The notes below the pieces were generated by a model. That model saw only the letters and a program-made list of their open reading frames with translations. It did not search any database and was not told the origin of the DNA. Both the position numbers and the translations under genes were made by a program. 64,000 nucleotides of DNA from assembly GCA_044892525.1 (NCBI GenBank), contig CM097886.1, positions 141,112,001 through 141,176,000 on the forward strand, written 5' to 3'. How positions within the stretch are numbered: position 1 is the first letter of the stretch; each line of letters starts with the position of its first letter. Positions 26,676 to 37,400 of the stretch are shown here, in pieces. The stretch is from Schmidtea polychroa (Eukaryota).

Positions 26676-27344
26676 TTATGAACTGTTAACCATTGATGCT
26701 TCTGCTGGCGGCTGTTGGTTGGTTTGGGTATTGATGTTGAGATAGGTCTGACTATTAGATTTCGGCTGGATTGGTTGATTACTCGGGGTTCGAGGTCGGA
26801 ATGGGGTTGGGTTAAGATTTGTCAGGGGCACTTCTTGAGGATTTTGGTTCGAGGTTACTCTTATTGATGTCGAGATTCTACATCTATTTCGAATTTCGTA
26901 AATTTTCATGAATATTGGTAGACATAGGAGGAGGGTCTCTGCGATCACCACATATATGAGATAATGGGTGTCATTGATCTCGGGAGGTGTTTTTGGCTTT
27001 TCTACAAGATTTTCAAAATCCTCTTGTTGCATTTGTTGTTCCAACTGGTCGATCTGTTGGCTTTGTTCGAAGATTTGTTTGTTTATCATTTTACAATTGG
27101 GGTTCTTTTTACACATTGTTTGGATGTTGTTGATGTGGGATCGGGTTGATTGAATGGTTTGGATGATATGGGTTTTCACGGTCATAGGGTATGTGCATTT
27201 GCCGGATTCTTGTTTAGGTTCTTGATTTTGATTGCGGTAATCTCGTACGATTTTCGGTTGGGCGTTTAATTGTTTGTTCTCCATCAGAATCATCAATACC
27301 ATCATTGTTATCATCATCTCGCCTCGCATGATACTATTATACAT
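26676..27344 (-). CDS. Element accessory ORF: putative type I membrane protein (222 aa)
   Basis: Hydrophobic N-terminus MMITMMVLMILM, Cys-containing helical ectodomain, TM-like YLIYVVIAETLLLCLPIFM and a Pro/Gln/Asn-rich tail. Confidence 0.7.
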   Translation of the reverse strand: MYNSIMRGEMMITMMVLMILMENKQLNAQPKIVRDYRNQNQEPKQESGKCTYPMTVKTHIIQTIQSTRSHINNIQTMCKKNPNCKMINKQIFEQSQQIDQLEQQMQQEDFENLVEKPKTPPEINDTHYLIYVVIAETLLLCLPIFMKIYEIRNRCRISTSIRVTSNQNPQEVPLTNLNPTPFRPRTPSNQPIQPKSNSQTYLNINTQTNQQPPAEASMVNSS

Positions 27345-27384
27345 TCATTATGTTTATTTACAATTGGTTTTAATGACCCTTAAT

Positions 27385-28137
27385 TTAATGGTTCTGATTT
27401 GGATTATTTTCACCGATTCTCATCAAGGTGGACTCTGCTTTAATTACCCTGTGTCTTAACTCGGGCAGCATTTCCAATTGTCGGTCTTTTTCACGGGCTT
27501 CTCTCTTTAGATGTCTAATTTCTTTTTCCAAGCGTCTAATTTCTTCCCTTTTCTTTTCAAGGTTTCTTTTTAGCTCGATTTGTAGGAGATCTTGTTCGTT
27601 TTCTTGCAGGTAATTTTGTTGTTGATGTTTTCTTTCTATTTCTCTATATTTGCGGACCCACTTCCTCATTTCTTTACTTTCCCGTTGGTTTTCTTCTAGT
27701 TGTCGTTTTAATTTATTTATAGCTGTTTGGCGCTCCTTCGCCTCAGTTTTCCAGTAGTCTTGGATTACCTCCTTTGCTTTGAAGCTTGCCCTCTCTTTCC
27801 ATAGCTCTTCCGCTATCTTTTCCCAGTTTTTCCCTCGCTTCCTTTGTTCGTGTAGCCATTCATTTTCCTCTTCCGTTTCTCTTTTTATTTCCCCCAACGC
27901 TTCGCACTCTTTCTTTAACACCTTTATCATTTTCCGGTCCTCCAGGTATTTGTTTATTAATCTTCCGTTTTCGTATTTCTCTTCCCGTAACTCGGCCTTT
28001 AGCGTTTGGGTTTCTGTTGTTTCTGCCTCAATCTCTCCCTCTTCTACGTCGCTCATAATTTCTATCGTTTCCTCGATTTTCATATCTATAATATGTACAG
28101 TTAATGGTGCGCTATAGTGCGACTTATACGTATACAT
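27385..28137 (-). CDS. Element accessory ORF: coiled-coil protein (likely start 28083)
   Basis: 250-aa ORF rich in E/K/R with heptad-like periodicity. Confidence 0.75.
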   Translation of the reverse strand: MYTYKSHYSAPLTVHIIDMKIEETIEIMSDVEEGEIEAETTETQTLKAELREEKYENGRLINKYLEDRKMIKVLKKECEALGEIKRETEEENEWLHEQRKRGKNWEKIAEELWKERASFKAKEVIQDYWKTEAKERQTAINKLKRQLEENQRESKEMRKWVRKYREIERKHQQQNYLQENEQDLLQIELKRNLEKKREEIRRLEKEIRHLKREAREKDRQLEMLPELRHRVIKAESTLMRIGENNPNQNH

Positions 28138-28251
28138 TGATATAAAATTTAATAGTTTGGGTTACAGTCCCTTGAATACTTTTACAATACTTTAATTTTT
28201 TTGTTTGGGATATACGTCCCGGTTTTTAGTTTTTCATCTTTTCATCCACCC

Positions 28252-29361
28252 TCATACGAAGGTTTCCTCCTGGCCTACATAACCTTCATCACTATCGACC
28301 GCGGGATGTAACTGTATCGCAATAGGGTCGTATGGTAGGTAATATTGGGGGATTTGAGCTCTCAATTCATTAATTTCGTCTCTTAGAGCTCGAGTGATGT
28401 TCAATTCCTCGTCGAGCAGATAGGTGAGATACCTTGTCTCTTCGTCTTTCGCCTCTATCTGTTTGTCTAGGGCCTTGATTTTCTCGTCGCCCTTCCATTT
28501 TTCAATTTCTATTTCTAAGTTTTTAATATTTTCGGTGTACATTTTCCTTTCGTTTTCTAATTTTCTGTTTTTTCCCGCTAGGACCATGTTTCTTTGTTCC
28601 AGCGATCCTTGTAATCCATTAAGGTCTCTTTTCATCTCTTCTACCTGATTTACTAATTCCACAACCCGTCCCGCTTGTTGGGTTATCATCTCTTCCATTG
28701 CGGCATTCTCGTGCTCTCTTATGTCGCACTTCATTGCCAAATGTCGCTCAAACTCCATAGCCTTTGTTTGCCAGGTTTGGCTTCGGGCGGCGACCTTTCT
28801 CAACCTTTTTAATTCTTCCTTTATTATTAAATTCTCCTCCCATTTACCTTGTTCGCTTTCATATCCGAGTCTCATGGGCAATTCTTTCATCTCTTTTTTC
28901 ATTTCTCTGTTTTGTCTTTTCCATTTTCTCGCTTCTGCCACTAAGTGCATCATTTTCCTGTCTTCTATTTGTTTTTCCGCTTCGCGCTTGGTGTTCTCAT
29001 CGGTAAGTCTTTTTCTCGCTTCCTGCACTAGCTGCTTTAAGTAGTGGCTGTGTGCTTCTTGGCGGGTATTTTCTAGTGACGCCCATTTTGATGCTCTTTT
29101 GCATGCTTCTGCTTCCGCTCTTAAGTTGTGTATTAACCATTGGTATTGACTATTCTCATCTTCTCTAGTTTCTTCGATGTGATTTCGGGTGAGATTAGTT
29201 AGTTGGAACATTACTTTGTTCCATTTTTTATTATGTTCTCGGGGAATTTGTGTCTTGTTGACATTGGTTGGGGCTATCGCAGTTTCGGTTATTTTCTCTT
29301 GTGTCATCTCTAAATCATAGACATCGATTAATCTTTTATTATGAAAAAGGAATTTATTCAT
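28252..29361 (-). CDS. Element accessory ORF: long coiled-coil protein (likely start 29307)
   Basis: 369-aa E/K/R-rich helical ORF. Confidence 0.75.
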   Translation of the reverse strand: MNKFLFHNKRLIDVYDLEMTQEKITETAIAPTNVNKTQIPREHNKKWNKVMFQLTNLTRNHIEETREDENSQYQWLIHNLRAEAEACKRASKWASLENTRQEAHSHYLKQLVQEARKRLTDENTKREAEKQIEDRKMMHLVAEARKWKRQNREMKKEMKELPMRLGYESEQGKWEENLIIKEELKRLRKVAARSQTWQTKAMEFERHLAMKCDIREHENAAMEEMITQQAGRVVELVNQVEEMKRDLNGLQGSLEQRNMVLAGKNRKLENERKMYTENIKNLEIEIEKWKGDEKIKALDKQIEAKDEETRYLTYLLDEELNITRALRDEINELRAQIPQYYLPYDPIAIQLHPAVDSDEGYVGQEETFV

Positions 29362-29499
29362 TATTTACTGTTTCTTGGGGAATTTTCGCATCATTTTTGG
29401 GTTTTCGTATTTAGGGTTTTCATACTATTATTATATAATATTTTATTGGTTATATACACCGATATATACAGATTATTATATACAACATTATTCGATTGG

Positions 29500-30888
29500 T
29501 TATTCCGTTCTACCCTTCTCCTCTTTCCTCACGGTCATCTTGATATATATGGTATCATTTCTCGCCATATCTTCCACTCTTTGTTGTGAGATGAACGTGG
29601 GTGCTCCTGTTGCTGATCCTTCTTCGTTGAGGGGCCTCTGGTAAGCTATTTGATTCCCCGTTGTTTTGAAGCTTTGCTCATGTATACTTTGGTTGTTCAT
29701 CAGAGTAATATCGATTTTTGCCTGGAACGGCCATTCTAATATTTCGTCGTATTCTCCTTTACATAACAGAAAGAAAATCGAAAAGTGCGTGTTTAATCCG
29801 GTTCCGTCCCCGTTGGGATATATCTTCATTTTCATTTTGTACCCATTTTTCCAAGAGTGGAATGTAGGACTTGTTATTCTTGTCTCTTCTCCGGTTTTTG
29901 CTTTTCGTATTCTTTCTTTTACTCCCGTTATTTTCCATATGTAGGGTGCTGTTGGGGTTATCTCATTTAGATTTATTTCCCGTATTTTCTGATGTAGCTC
30001 CTTGGCCTGATTATTACTGATTTCTGTTCGGTTTATTTGCATCTTTATGTTTGCTCGGGCTTCTTCGAACGCTTTCCTTTCTTCTAGTAGTTCTTTGACT
30101 AACACTTTCAACGATGTTATCTCTATCTCCATTTGTTTTACTTTCTCTTCGCTTTCTTGTAACGCAGTCGACCACATTTCTGCGTGAGTTGAAGCATTTT
30201 CTACTAAATGATGTGGTAACTCACCTCGGTGTAGTAATTTCTGACAACCCCATCTACCTAGTACACATGTCATTCTTTTCTTTTCGCATTCCCTTAGATG
30301 CTGTGCCACCTTCATTATTTCCCCTTGGTTACATCCGTTTGGGCATTCCCCACTGAACTCCGCACATACTCTCTCCTCTTGGACATTGTGATGTTTGAGG
30401 GTGAGATTTATCCACGTATCTATTTCTCCACAGTGTTCACATCTTTCTAATCTCTCTTCACACTGCTTTTGATGTTCTTTCTCTTCGCTTGCTCGAATGG
30501 TTTTATGGCACCTTTCACACTGGCCAATTCTGTACATACATTCTCCCATATGTTGTACTACCTTCCATATTACTCCTTTCCATTCGCATGGGGCATTTTT
30601 GCATCCCAGGTTGGTGTTTAACATGTCTTTCACTGCGGCTTTATCCTCGTTAGTGTCTTCTAAACTCGATATTAGTGTCTCTTTACACACCGGGCACCTC
30701 TGTGGTCTATTCTTTATTGCTTCACTGATACATTCTTTACATACTCTGCATCCACATTGCGTTTGGTGAGGTTCCTTTAACAGCTTTTCACATATTCCGC
30801 ACGTAACATGTTTGTGTATTCTGATCGTTGTAGATTTTCGGACTTGCTCGACAATCTCTCTGAACTCTTCTCTTTGTCGTTTATCCAT
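29500..30888 (-). CDS. TRAF: TNF receptor-associated factor (TRAF2/3/5-like), full length, carried by the retroelement
   Basis: N-terminal RING (CGIC...CGCRVCKEC...CPVC), TRAF zinc fingers (CKNAPCEWKG...HMGEC; CPNGC...HLREC), coiled coil and MATH domain (YIWKI, SPTFH, GYKMKMKIYPNGDG, HFSIFFLLCKGEYDEILEWPF, DTIYIKMTV). No introns. Confidence 0.93.
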   Translation of the reverse strand: MDKRQREEFREIVEQVRKSTTIRIHKHVTCGICEKLLKEPHQTQCGCRVCKECISEAIKNRPQRCPVCKETLISSLEDTNEDKAAVKDMLNTNLGCKNAPCEWKGVIWKVVQHMGECMYRIGQCERCHKTIRASEEKEHQKQCEERLERCEHCGEIDTWINLTLKHHNVQEERVCAEFSGECPNGCNQGEIMKVAQHLRECEKKRMTCVLGRWGCQKLLHRGELPHHLVENASTHAEMWSTALQESEEKVKQMEIEITSLKVLVKELLEERKAFEEARANIKMQINRTEISNNQAKELHQKIREINLNEITPTAPYIWKITGVKERIRKAKTGEETRITSPTFHSWKNGYKMKMKIYPNGDGTGLNTHFSIFFLLCKGEYDEILEWPFQAKIDITLMNNQSIHEQSFKTTGNQIAYQRPLNEEGSATGAPTFISQQRVEDMARNDTIYIKMTVRKEEKGRTE

Positions 30889-30973
30889 TCTATAATTATA
30901 TGTACAAATAGTTCTTATCGATACAGGTTCGATATTTTATTTACAATTATTTACATTTTAAGCTAGGTTTGGT

Positions 30974-31357
30974 TTAGGGTTCGGAAGAGTCGGCTTCGTG
31001 TCCGCTCTCCTCTCTATTCATTAGCCATTCCGACCAGTCTTCTATTTCTGTCTGTTCTGCTTCCTCCATCATTCTGTCTATTTCAATTTCCTGTCGACGG
31101 CTATATTGGGTTATCCTCTCTATCTCTCTTTGCATTTGTTCGATTTTTACCCTCTGGTCTTCAATTATCTTCAAATAACTAAATCCTCTGTTCATACTCT
31201 CGATCAGGTTTCTGTGCATCGTCAGTCCTTGTTCTTGCAAATTGGACACTAATTGTGCTAATACGGCACATTGTTGCTTCCATAATTCTTCAGTTACTGT
31301 ATTGTGGTTCATTTCGTTATTTCCTTGATCCATTCCTAATTTATATACACTTTTCAA
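30974..31357 (-). CDS. Element accessory ORF: small coiled-coil protein with acidic tail (likely start 31333)
   Basis: 127-aa ORF in the same sense as the others, bounded by short AT-rich spacers. Confidence 0.65.
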   Translation of the reverse strand: MKSVYKLGMDQGNNEMNHNTVTEELWKQQCAVLAQLVSNLQEQGLTMHRNLIESMNRGFSYLKIIEDQRVKIEQMQREIERITQYSRRQEIEIDRMMEEAEQTEIEDWSEWLMNREESGHEADSSEP

Positions 31358-31494
31358 CTCTTATGTAAATTTAATTTTATTTTATGATTCCCGTTATTGT
31401 ATAATATTGATACCGCGCTTATATAGAGATATAGTACTGTTATATACATTAAGATATACTTACTTTTTACAATTATATACAGTCATATTCCTTT

Positions 31495-34400
31495 CTATAT
31501 ACGTGAGTTTGGAGGGCGCTGAACGTTCCAGGCCTCCACCCACTGTTCTTGTTTGATATCACTTGGTCGTTTCACTCGATGTTGGAAGTTTCTGATTCGG
31601 GTCATTTCTAGTTCTCCGCGATGTCGTTTATCTTTAATTATTTTTATTGTTCCCCCCGTTATGATTAGGAATGCCCCTGTTATTATTATCCCACTGATCC
31701 ACATCATCTGCTTCACGCTTATACTCTCTGGTTTTTCCTTGTTTGTTAATGTTGATATCGCTTCTGTACTTTTCTCGTTTCCTCTTTTGCCATTTCCTTT
31801 CATCATTTCCCGTATTCTTGCTATTTCCTCGTTCATACCCTCCTTTGCCATCTTTTGTATTTTTTCCATCTCTTCCTCCGAAACATAGTTGTCCTGAGCT
31901 TCCTCACCAGTTTTCTTGTGCTTTCCTCCTTCGTTCTTTTCGTCGTGGTTTTTTCTTTTCTTTCCTCTTTTCCCCGGGTATCGTCGGCATTCTCTTTTTG
32001 ATTCGTTTCTCCAGATACAAACCGTATATTCCTTCGGGGGCTGCTGCTGCGTCACATATTGATGGCATCTCTCACCCGGTCCTAATCTTGAAATACAGAC
32101 TTTGTGCTCTTTTCTTGGTTGGAGCTGCGTTATTGCTACTTCGCCACCTTTTCCTAGGTGTACCTCTTTTCCTTTAACGTTCGTTATTCTTTTCCCGTCT
32201 CGGTTTCGGTATGCTTCTTGTATTCTTACTTCTGTTATTGGTTCTGTGTCCTCATTTATTAGTACTAGTTTCTGATACGCTCTAGACATACATCTTCCTA
32301 GTATGCACCTTTCCTTTAAGTCCCATTCTTCCTTTAAGTCCCACTGCTGCTCTTGTGCTTGCTTTTTCTTTTCTTGTTTTAGTTCGTCCTCTTTGCTATC
32401 TTGATTCTCCGCTTCTTTGGTTTCTTTTATCGTCCTCGTCCCTCCATGAGCTGTTACTAACTCTATCATGGTAAGCATAATTATCATTAATATCATATTT
32501 GTCTCTATTTCTTTGTTAGTGAAAGGTAGGCATACCCTCTGTTTTCCATTATTCGGTTTTTCCTCCTCTTTGGTCTTAGTTCCCGGGCTGTTTCCCTCTC
32601 TTTTCGTATCCGAATCCTTGTTTTCCGGTTTACCCTCCTCCTGTTCTCTTTTCTCTTTATCCTCCTTTCGGCCTTTTCCGTTATTGTCATCGTGTTTATC
32701 TCCCCCGCTGTCGTTTAAAATGTCGTCCTCGACATTTATATCGTTCAATAATCTGCGATATGCTGTTAGCACTCTGTTTCTTGCTAATTTTGCTTCGAAT
32801 TCAAACTCTTTTCTACCCGTTGCAGCATGTCTCTTTCTATTCCATTCTTTAACTAACTCTCTCAATTGCATACGACGATGTTTCCCAATTCGTTGTTGCT
32901 CGTTCTGATTTTGCGTGAATTTTAGGTCTTCTCTATTTAATACTATTAAAATTATTTTAGGTGTCCCCCCTTTAGTTAGGGTATTCTTTACCATCGCATT
33001 TTCTCCGTTTTCGTAGAATTCGTTTACATTTATCGCATATTTATTATTTTGTGGTACTCTCCAGGTTAATAATAATTTCATTGCTTCTAGATTTTTCCGT
33101 ACCGTATTCCATTGAAACTGAGATGTGTTTTTGCACATATTTTCAACTTCTTCTTTTGTCGCATTTTTGCAAATAAATCTGATCATTTCTAAGTTTGGCT
33201 GTATGGTTGCCCAGTCCAAGGTGGAATTTCCTTCATTGGACTTTTCGTCTAGTTTCGATCCTGATTGATGTAGGATGTGGAGTGTTTTTGGGTGTATTTT
33301 CGTTATAGCTGCATACATCATGGCGGTTTCACCTTGTTCATTTTTCGTGTTGGTTTCCTCGCCCATCTCTCCAAGGATTCTCACGATCGTTATTGCTCTA
33401 TTTTCTTTCGCCGCTAGTATTGCTTGTTGTAGGGGTGTTCTGGAATCCTTCGTTACCATCGTAAATGCTCGAGGCAAGAAGGTTTTGATTTTCCCGATAT
33501 CTAAATCCGTGGTTTGATCTCTTGCGTATGTGTGTACGGTTTTTATTATTTTGGACAATATTATTTCGTCTGGCAGCTCTAGCATTTCCTCAAAGAACAC
33601 TTCTTTTGCTTTGCGTATTATTGCCTCTTGATCTATACTCATTGATTTGGTTTCGATGACGTTGTTTGTGACCGTTTGGTTCGTTGTTGACTTTGATTCC
33701 CTGGATTTCTCATACCTTATTTTCGTTTTCTTTCCGTTTGGATTATTGATTCGTTCCTCTGCTGTAAGTATTTGGATAATATTCAGGTAATTCTCGCGGA
33801 TGTTATTCATTGTGTCCATCATATATAACACACTTACCGTTTCCCAATATTTATTTCGTACTTGGTTAGTAAATTGGAATAGGGATTTTTCGAATGTGTC
33901 GATTCGCTTTTTTGCTAACTGTTCGTCTTTATGATTTGTGAATTTTATCCCTCGTTCTAGTAATTGATTCGGGATTTCGAATAACTGATGTCCTTTCATA
34001 GCTTCTCTCATCAGCGTGTTCTCTCCTCTCGTGAACGCTTCGTTTACGTTGATCATATAATCGTTTCGAATTGGATTTCTCCATGTGATTAATATTCCGG
34101 TAATTGTCGTCAGTTTTTCTTTGATCGCTGTTAACAATCCATCATACATGTTTCCGACTTCCCGATTGTCCTCATATGATAGTAGTTCCATCAATGACGT
34201 GAACGCCTCGGTACTTCTCCCTTCGATAGCATGGTGTAGAGCGTTTTTCCGCTCGTGGTCTTGTGTAGTTATTTTCGATCCGGTATCGAGTAACGCGGTT
34301 ATAATGTCTTTTGTTTTACCTCTGTTTGCGGCTATCATTAATGGTGTGTAACCTTGGTTGTTTGTTTGTTCTGTTGATCGCTTGCAGTCGTGAAATGCTT

Positions 34401-37400
34401 CTATTGTTTCTAGTATTTGCTCGTTGTTACCTACTTTCATGAGTTTGTGTAATGGTGTGTCTCCGTAATGATCTGTTATTGTAAATAATATTGGCCATTG
34501 GCTTTTGACTACTCGCAATAATGGGTGTGTCCTTTCTCTATTTGCATAGTTCTCGATCATCGTCAATAATCCTCCTAATATTTCGAAATCTAATCGATCT
34601 TTTGCCCATCCAGGTATTTTAATTTTTACCTCCTTTACAATCTTTTCCGCTTCTGATGGTTGGATACCTAATCGTCCAGTGATCGGTTCTGCGAGTTGCT
34701 GCATCATGTTCATTCGGTAGGTTTGCGAACGTGTGGTTAATGTACGGCCTTCTGGTTGACTAGTGGCTGTTTTTGGAATTGATTTGCATCGTGCCACGTT
34801 TACGTATATTGGTCTGGTAAAGGGGTTATTTACCAATTTCACTCTTACATTAGTTTCGCCTACGAATAAGATCTCATATGGTCCTTTTCCGTTGCGTTGT
34901 AACTTTTTTGTGGTTCCTGGAATTAATTCCGGGGTTTCTATCATTACCCAATCACCTGTTTGGAACGTATGTTGCTTCACGTTTTTCTTTCGATCGTGTA
35001 AATCTTTATAACTTTCCTGGTAGAACTTGATATTTAATCCCGCAGTTTCCCAAATTTCTTGCATTCTTTCCTTGAATTTCGTAACATAATCATCGATCTC
35101 CATATACTGCGATATCGGTGGTTGGTATTCCAGGTCCATTGGCATATTACATTCTCTTCCGTACATTAATTTGAATGGGCTCATTTTCGTTGATGCGTGA
35201 ATCGACATTCTGTACGCCATAAGACATAGGTTTATATATTCGTCCCAATCTCGTTGGTGACGGTCAACGTAGTTTGATAACATTTGTATAAGTGTTCCAT
35301 TAAATCTTTCCGTCATCCCATTGGTTTGAGGGTGGTATGGAGATGTTCTTAGTTTTGCTATTTTGAAGTAATTTGTTACTTCGCTCATTATCTCACTCAT
35401 AAAATTTGTTCCCTGATCGGTTAAGATTTGTTTTGGTGTTCCATATCGGCAACATATCTCTTCTACCAAAATTTTTGCGATTGTTTTAGCTTTTTGGTCT
35501 GGCATCGCGAATGCTTCTGGGAATTTCGTAAGAAAGTCTGTGATCACCAGAATGTAAACGTTTCCTTTATCTGACTCTGGTAGTGGACCAACTACGTCCA
35601 TGGATATCATTGTCATTGGTTCTATTGGTACTGGCATTGGCGTTAAAGGTGCTTTCCATTTCGATCCCGTATTCTTCCTGGTTGCACAAGTTAGACAATT
35701 TTTTACCCATTCGGTTACATCTTCCGTTAACGTAGGCCAAAAATATTTCTGTTTCATTCTTGCTAACGTCTTTTTCGATGACATATGTCCTCCCAATCTC
35801 CCATCGTGATATTGCGTTAGTAACTCTTTTCGTCGGTTTTCCGGTATACACATTAATCGTTTTTCCCCATCCATTATCAGCAACCAATCTTTCTCTATAA
35901 TATATCGGTGTCGGTGTTTATCCATATGTTCTTTTAATTTTTGGTCTTTCGCATATACATCTGTCTTTCCGGTTTTTACATAATCGATAATTTGTTTTAA
36001 TTCCGCGTCCTCTTGTTGGTCCTTTCGTAATTGACAGAAATCCAAATCTTCCGCTACTATTAAGCATATGCGTTGCATTTCTGAATCCACCAAATCTGGG
36101 AAAATAAATCTTGACATACAATCGGCGTTGGCATTTGCTCTTCCCGCTTTGAATTTTATAAATGGGGAGTATTCTTGCAATTGCATGGCCCATCGCATCA
36201 GTCTACTGGACGCTTCTTTATGTTGCCCTAACCACACTAATGGTTGATGATCCGTGGTTATGCATATCTCATGTCCCCATAGTAAATATCGGAAGTGTTT
36301 GATAGCTTGTATTATAGCCAATGCTTCTCGTTCTGTTACCGAATAGTTCTTTTCGTGCTTTTTGAATGTTCGACTGTAATACCCGATTACTCTCTCTTTT
36401 CCCTCATCGTCTAATTGTCCCAGAATCGCGCCTGCCGCGTACCCGCTTGCATCCGTTGCCAATAGAAATGGCTTCTTAAAATCTGGGTGTACGAGGATAG
36501 GTGCTTCGATTAGTTTATCTCTCAGCGTTTCGAACGCCTGTTGTTGTTCTTTTTCCCAAATGAACGAAATATCCTTCTTTACTAATTCCTGGATTGGTTT
36601 TGCAATTCCTGCATAATTTTTGATAAATTTGCGATAGTATCCGCATAATCCTAGAAATTCCTGAACTTGGGTGACAGTTTTCGGTGCTGGACATGTTTTT
36701 ATTTTCTCAATGTTTCTTGGATCTGGCTCCTTTCCTTTAGCTGACACTATGTGTCCTAAAAACGTGACTTTTTCCTTTGCCCAATCGCATTTTGATGGTT
36801 TGAGTTTGAGTTTCCACTGTCTTAATCTAATAAATACGTTTCGGATATCTTCTAGATGTTGTTCAAATGTCGCTGAATAGATTAGTAAATCATCAATATA
36901 TACCATACATTGTTTGATTCCATGGGTGACAAAGTTCATACACCGTTGAAATGATGCTGGTGCGTTAGTCAGTCCAAATGGCATTTTCCTGAATTGATAT
37001 AGATCTCGTCCCAACGTGAAAGCTGTTTTCTCTTTGTCCTCATCTTTGACTTTAATCTGCCAGTATCCACTTTTTAGATCTAAAGAAGTAAAATATGCTG
37101 CCCCTTGCAACATCAATAACATCTCATTGATGTCCGGCAATGGATAGGTATCTCTCTTGGTCACTGCGTTTAACTTCCGATAATCGATACAGAATCGTTG
37201 GGTGCCATCTTTCTTTTTTACCATGACCACTGGGAATTGCCAAGGTGAGCAACTTGGTTCGATTACTTTTGCGTCTAGCATCTTTTGTACTTCTGTTTCG
37301 GCTATTTCTTTCTGCATTTCTGCTAGCTTGTATGGTCTCAATGCAATTGGGGTTTCGTCTATGAGTGGTATTGCATGTAAGGTAACATCACATGTACCCA

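Noticed and set aside
29500-30888. TRAF as an ordinary host gene
   Set aside because: It lies between the LTRs, is intronless, shares the element's strand and composition, and has the same spacer motifs as its neighbours.
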